Shown here: positions 59,691 to 64,000 of the stretch, piece after piece
Numbering within the stretch: the stretch's first letter is position 1
Layout of the letters: every line of letters begins with the position of its first letter
Source of the DNA: a virus
Lineage: Duplodnaviria; Caudoviricetes
Virus record (IMG/VR): IMGVR_UViG_3300031466_000001
Coordinates: 64,001-128,000 of that record
Length of the DNA stretch: 64,000 nt
Direction: 5' to 3' (one strand)
The notes under the pieces: generated by a model
What the model was told of the DNA's origin: nothing
The model's input: the letters and a program-made list of their open reading frames with translations, nothing else
Database searches by the model: none
Translations under genes and position numbers: made by a program

Positions 59691-60962
59691 TTACACCACC
59701 GCTCCTAATTCACTAACTTCATCGTATGCTTCACCCTCTTGAGATCTACTCAAGCGGATAAGAGTTTCCGTAAGGTCGACAACCTTAGAGGTTTCATCGG
59801 GATCGACTCTAGAGAGTTGCTTTTCAAGTAACGGGATAGTTGAATTGTATAGTGCGAATCTGAGTTTTTCGTCAGCCATAAAACTCTCACGAAGTTTTCT
59901 GTCGTCAAATTTAATGTCTTCATAGCCAATGACATACTTTTTAGGATTCTTGCCGCCGATAAGTTCATTGGCTTGAGCAAATGCATATTGCGAATAAATA
60001 TGGTCAAAACCACACATTTGATTGTAAACCAAATCACAATATTGCCCAGCCATATTGGTTCTGGATTTGAGAAAGTCTACTCTAACATCAAAACCGTTAA
60101 AACCATCTTTATCCATCGTACGTTTATCCCCAACTTTAGATGTGAATTTCACGAGAGTGTTAGCATAATAAAGTGGAGCGAAACCACCTGGAATAGATTC
60201 ATCCATACCAAGATAATTGAGCTGGGGTTGTGTACGTTGCATCGGATTGATATTGATTTTAGTTTTGAGATGGTTAATTGCAATGACGATGATATTATAG
60301 CTCTTAATGACAGGGATTAGTCGGTTGTAAAATTGTGAAAGTGCTCTTGCTACACGGTTGGCATACGTCATACCCGCCATACCTTCCATTTCTTCTTCCT
60401 TGGATGCCATGACAGGAATGGAGTCAATAATGACAACCGTAGGCACAAAAGCCATGATGGGATTACCGAATTCATCTTTTAATTTTGTGTCATACATCAT
60501 ATTTTCACGTTCTTCTTCTTTAACTTTGCAGATAGCAAGAATAGCATCGAGGATATCCTCAATATAGCTTTCCTCTTGTTTAAGAACGTATTTTTCTTCG
60601 AGTTCAACAGTCGAAAAACCGGTAACGTTCCTAACACGAGTATATGTAGTAGCTCGTTCGAGATCATAATGCTGGACGAAACCATTCGGAAAAGGACGCA
60701 CAATATTAGCTGCCGCCTGAATAGCAAATGTGGATTTAGCTGTACCGGGTTTTCCAATAATGGTTACAAAGGAACCTCCAAGAATACCAACAGAAGGATA
60801 TTCTTCTACCAGGCTGTCGTTGTTGTCTTTTACCTGGATCATATATCCATTACGATAATCAAAGGTTGAGAATCCTGTTCTATAACTAATAGAAGTTTGT
60901 GTTTTTCTGAAGAGACCACGTTTGTCATTTTCCCTGAGACGGGCCAAAAGTCTATTAGACAT
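59691..60962 (-). CDS. RecA/UvsX-like recombinase
   Basis: Walker A GKPGTAKST, YDLE, IIDSIP, INH, PGG.A..YYA. Confidence 0.85.
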   Translation of the reverse strand: MSNRLLARLRENDKRGLFRKTQTSISYRTGFSTFDYRNGYMIQVKDNNDSLVEEYPSVGILGGSFVTIIGKPGTAKSTFAIQAAANIVRPFPNGFVQHYDLERATTYTRVRNVTGFSTVELEEKYVLKQEESYIEDILDAILAICKVKEEERENMMYDTKLKDEFGNPIMAFVPTVVIIDSIPVMASKEEEMEGMAGMTYANRVARALSQFYNRLIPVIKSYNIIVIAINHLKTKININPMQRTQPQLNYLGMDESIPGGFAPLYYANTLVKFTSKVGDKRTMDKDGFNGFDVRVDFLKSRTNMAGQYCDLVYNQMCGFDHIYSQYAFAQANELIGGKNPKKYVIGYEDIKFDDRKLRESFMADEKLRFALYNSTIPLLEKQLSRVDPDETSKVVDLTETLIRLSRSQEGEAYDEVSELGAVV

Positions 60963-61161
60963 ATTTAAACATCCTTCCTACAATTTTAGGAATTTTAACA
61001 AGACGAACAGGCTTAAACTTCTTTTTATATTTCAACAAAATTTGACCACAATCATCACATTTGATAACTTTAAAAGTAGATTCATGAATGGGGGTCGCTT
61101 TATCTCATTTTGCGATACCACAAGTAGGACAAATCAATTCTTCGGTGACCATACATACCAT
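60955..61161 (-). pseudogene. zinc-ribbon protein gene interrupted by in-frame TGA
   Basis: GGAGG-ATG; CPTC...(TGA 61105-61107)...CDDC in one frame; end overlaps the recA-like start. Confidence 0.6.
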
Positions 61162-61270
61162 ACTTCCTCCTATTCGTTATATAGTTTAATATAAAGTTCC
61201 TCATATAATAAAAAGAAAAAAAATAGGTAAGACCAGATGCAGAAGAGCATCTGGTCTTACCATTACGTTA

Positions 61271-62203
61271 TTAGTACTTAACTTTGAGGATTCGACGATC
61301 AGAGAAGAGTCCGTAAACGAGTTTGAATTCGTGCAGGAAATTGACTTCTTGACCGTAAACGTCTTCAAATGCTTCGATAGCGTCATCGTACTTGTACGAC
61401 GACGAGTTCACGAAGAGCGTAACAGCAGAGAAGAATTGCGACTTGACGTCTTCAACAACTTCTCTGACCGTTTCCGGCGTAACTTCAACGATCGTATGCT
61501 TACTCGGATCGATAAGCTCATCGAGCTTAGCACGATCACCCGGCAGGGTAAGAACCAGATGAGTAACACGAGCCGGGCGGAAACGTTTAACTGCGATGAA
61601 ATCATACGATTCGTCATCCGGAAGCTTCTCGCCACCAGTGATGTTCAGTACGATTCCTTCTTCGCTGCTGGAGAATTCATATGTAGTAAGCTCGCGGGTT
61701 TCTTCTTCCAGAAGCGTAAAGGTGAACTTCGAAGACGGGTTGTTGAACGAAACGATGAACGAAAATTCACCGCTATAGACAAAACTTTCCAGAAGGAAAG
61801 TGTTATGATTGTCCATGGAGACAATCTTCCGGCCACGCAGACGAACCGATGCGAGTAGAATGTCCTTGACATTCTCAGCGCTCTCGCTAACGAACGGCCG
61901 GAACGCTTTGCGATTGAAGGTGATATTGGTGTTACGAGTCGGGATGGAACAAACCACACCCTTGTCGTTGTTCACTTCACCTTTAACGATTTCAACAACT
62001 TGGTCATAATCTTCAAAGATCGAGTGATAAGCAAGAATCGAAATTACTTGTCGCGTGATCTTTTTACGTTTGTTGTTGAATCGACTTTCCGGCGCATCTT
62101 TGCGCTTCATGAAACGGACAACATTTCCAGAATCGTTGATTTTTTCGATGGTCCACTGATTTTTTGTTTCATTGTAGATGCTGAACATTTGTTCTACCTC
62201 CAT
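61271..62203 (-). CDS. conserved hypothetical protein (highly expressed codon profile)
   Basis: 310-aa ORF; late motif AACA-ATTCAT-TA upstream. Confidence 0.8.
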   Translation of the reverse strand: MEVEQMFSIYNETKNQWTIEKINDSGNVVRFMKRKDAPESRFNNKRKKITRQVISILAYHSIFEDYDQVVEIVKGEVNNDKGVVCSIPTRNTNITFNRKAFRPFVSESAENVKDILLASVRLRGRKIVSMDNHNTFLLESFVYSGEFSFIVSFNNPSSKFTFTLLEEETRELTTYEFSSSEEGIVLNITGGEKLPDDESYDFIAVKRFRPARVTHLVLTLPGDRAKLDELIDPSKHTIVEVTPETVREVVEDVKSQFFSAVTLFVNSSSYKYDDAIEAFEDVYGQEVNFLHEFKLVYGLFSDRRILKVKY

Positions 62204-62273
62204 TGTGATTGGAATCTAATGAATTGTTAATAATTTAATAAAGAAATATTTGGAAAAAAAGTGATCCGGAAAT

Positions 62274-62540
62274 TTATCCCAGATCAACTTTTACATTCCC
62301 ATATTGATCGGTGATCATAAAACCACCATTTTCTTTTTTAACGTCGCTTGCATCAAGCTTTCGGTCGTCTCTCCGAAACTTCATTCTAACGGAACCATCG
62401 CCGTCAACGTATATATTTATGTTCCTTGATGACCCAGCGACGCCAAGGAGTTCGATTCGACCAAACACTCTTTCCAGTATATCAAGCTGATCTTTGGTTC
62501 CAGTAATAGTATAAGTTCTGGTCTCTTTCTCCATATGCAT
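62274..62540 (-). CDS. hypothetical protein
   Basis: 88-aa ORF with AAGGAG RBS. Confidence 0.7.
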   Translation of the reverse strand: MHMEKETRTYTITGTKDQLDILERVFGRIELLGVAGSSRNINIYVDGDGSVRMKFRRDDRKLDASDVKKENGGFMITDQYGNVKVDLG

Positions 62541-62620
62541 TCTCCTTATGCTATTTTATTATTTTTTCGAGAAGAAAAATAAACGCGGAGTGTGATCAAC
62601 ACACTCCGCGTTTCTGGTAA

Positions 62621-63502
62621 TCAAAGATACTTGGCGTACTTTTCTTTCTCCGAAAGTTTGTTCGTAACCTTCCGGATCTTCGGATAGTTCTCTTCCGAGA
62701 TCGAGGAGAATTGAATGCGACGGGCCCCATCGTTACCTTTGCTGTCTTCCTTGATACGGATATTGACATACCGATCAATCAGAAGATCTTCGATTTCACC
62801 CTTCTTGCACTCTTCAAGCGTGTCAAGTGCGAACTCGGTCATCCGATTCCATACATTGAGCTGACGCTCATTGAAGTTCCGGTGCGTGTCTTTGCGCTCA
62901 AGGAGAATTGCGATTGCAACGTAGTTGAGAGCATCTTCACCGAAGAGCTGCTTAAACAGCTTCCGGATACTCTTTGCGCTGTCCAGACCGATATCGTTTT
63001 CCTTCGCAATCGCATAGAGCTTGCGAAGAACGTTGCGTACATGAACCCCGATATAACGGTCGTCCACAACGACTTGCGGATGCGTTACAACAACGAGCAG
63101 TTCCTTGATGAGATCTTCGCTCAGGCCGGTCTTTTCGGCGACCTTCTTGACACGCTTCTTCAGGAGCTTGTCGATAATATCGCGGTAGGCATCGACAACT
63201 TTTGCGTCGAGATTGTCATAACGCCATTCCACGAGAGTATTGATGACCATCGCAAGAGCAAGGTCGACCCGCGGCGGGTTTTCTTTATCCTTCAGGAGCT
63301 TCTGAAGGGTCTTGACAAACTTCGGAGATGCCATGCGGTCGAAGAGTTCGGAAATCACTTCCGCATTCTTCTTCCGATGACCTTCCTCGATGTAGAAGCT
63401 AACGATGTCGTCCAGGTAGCCCCTGAGGACGGCCATGCGTTGCTCCTTGTCCCATTCTTTGACCTTCTTCGGTTTCCACGTTTTGAGGAATTCTTTGATC
63501 GC
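62621..63502 (-). CDS. conserved hypothetical protein (highly expressed codon profile)
   Basis: ORF to 63523; likely start MAIKE 63502 after GGAGG. Confidence 0.8.
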   Translation of the reverse strand, partial: AIKEFLKTWKPKKVKEWDKEQRMAVLRGYLDDIVSFYIEEGHRKKNAEVISELFDRMASPKFVKTLQKLLKDKENPPRVDLALAMVINTLVEWRYDNLDAKVVDAYRDIIDKLLKKRVKKVAEKTGLSEDLIKELLVVVTHPQVVVDDRYIGVHVRNVLRKLYAIAKENDIGLDSAKSIRKLFKQLFGEDALNYVAIAILLERKDTHRNFNERQLNVWNRMTEFALDTLEECKKGEIEDLLIDRYVNIRIKEDSKGNDGARRIQFSSISEENYPKIRKVTNKLSEKEKYAKYL

Positions 63503-63568
63503 CATCTTTTGTTTGCCTCCCATTTAATTTTTTTGGCTTATACTTATTTTGTTTATTCAATTATAAAT

Positions 63569-64000
63569 TTACATAAATTTACTGAACTCATCATCGAGGT
63601 TGTCTTCGCTGATTCGTTTGGAGATGGTTTCAGTTTGACGAAGACTCTTGATGAGATCAGTTTTAACGTCATCGAGAAGAGAAGTTTCCTTGGTGCGGGT
63701 GAGTTGAGCTTCTACTTCAGCAATGCGCTGAGCGATCTTCTCAATCCGATCATCTGGAATAGAGAGACCCGACATAATGGCGATAACGCGATTCACGTCG
63801 TCGTTAACGCCATTGATGTAAATATGCTCAAACTCTTCAACCGGCTCGCCAAGAATCGATTTGAACTTGGGCATAGTCGGATCAAACGCTTTGTGGATTT
63901 TCTCACTCAGATTGGTGATCAATCCAAACTTGCGAATGATCATATCTCTGTCAAGTTCGGCATGAGCGCTCACTTTCAAGGAATCGATGAGGCGATCTTC
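63569..64000 (-). CDS. probable tubulin/FtsZ-family (TubZ/PhuZ-like) protein, C-terminal part
   Basis: frame open to the window edge; N.VIAIMSGLSIP..RI motif, coiled-coil tail and LDDEFSKFM end resemble TubZ C-termini; GTPase signature lies outside the window. Confidence 0.5.
   Translation of the reverse strand, partial: EDRLIDSLKVSAHAELDRDMIIRKFGLITNLSEKIHKAFDPTMPKFKSILGEPVEEFEHIYINGVNDDVNRVIAIMSGLSIPDDRIEKIAQRIAEVEAQLTRTKETSLLDDVKTDLIKSLRQTETISKRISEDNLDDEFSKFM

Noticed and set aside
61105-61107. Genome-wide TGA recoding
   Set aside because: Long genes are uninterrupted under the standard code and many end in TGA; this is an isolated case.

Overview
A 64-kb segment of an AT-rich jumbo myovirus of the AR9/PBS1 (phiKZ-related) type. 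The host is probably a spore-forming, relatively GC-rich Bacillota such as Paenibacillaceae (inference). Core genes: three split subunits of a multisubunit RNA polymerase (beta-N, beta-C, beta'-C) and a probable gp226-like promoter-specificity subunit, both halves of a split family-B DNA polymerase, SF2 helicase, SbcC/Rad50, NAD-dependent ligase, RecA-like recombinase and a GroEL-like chaperonin. The head/tail module comprises prohead protease, major capsid, terminase, sheath, tube and portal. Accessory genes include three tRNAs, three glycosyltransferases, Dps, an RsfA-like regulator, a ParA pair and a probable tubulin C-terminus at the right edge. Two phage promoter classes recur: TATATATTAT (early-type) and AACA-N6-TA (late-type). 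The most striking region is 19.2-20.1 kb. It holds (i) a late-promoter-driven ~69-nt C-rich sRNA complementary to the translation-initiation regions of all four RNAP-subunit genes in the window, and (ii) an early-promoter-driven cassette of GC-rich fragments of temperate-phage lysis and tail genes, all antisense to that promoter. A deleted ISL3-like element with a passenger gene lies at 32.5-33.0 kb. All protein assignments rest on motif recognition and recalled homologs, not on database searches.
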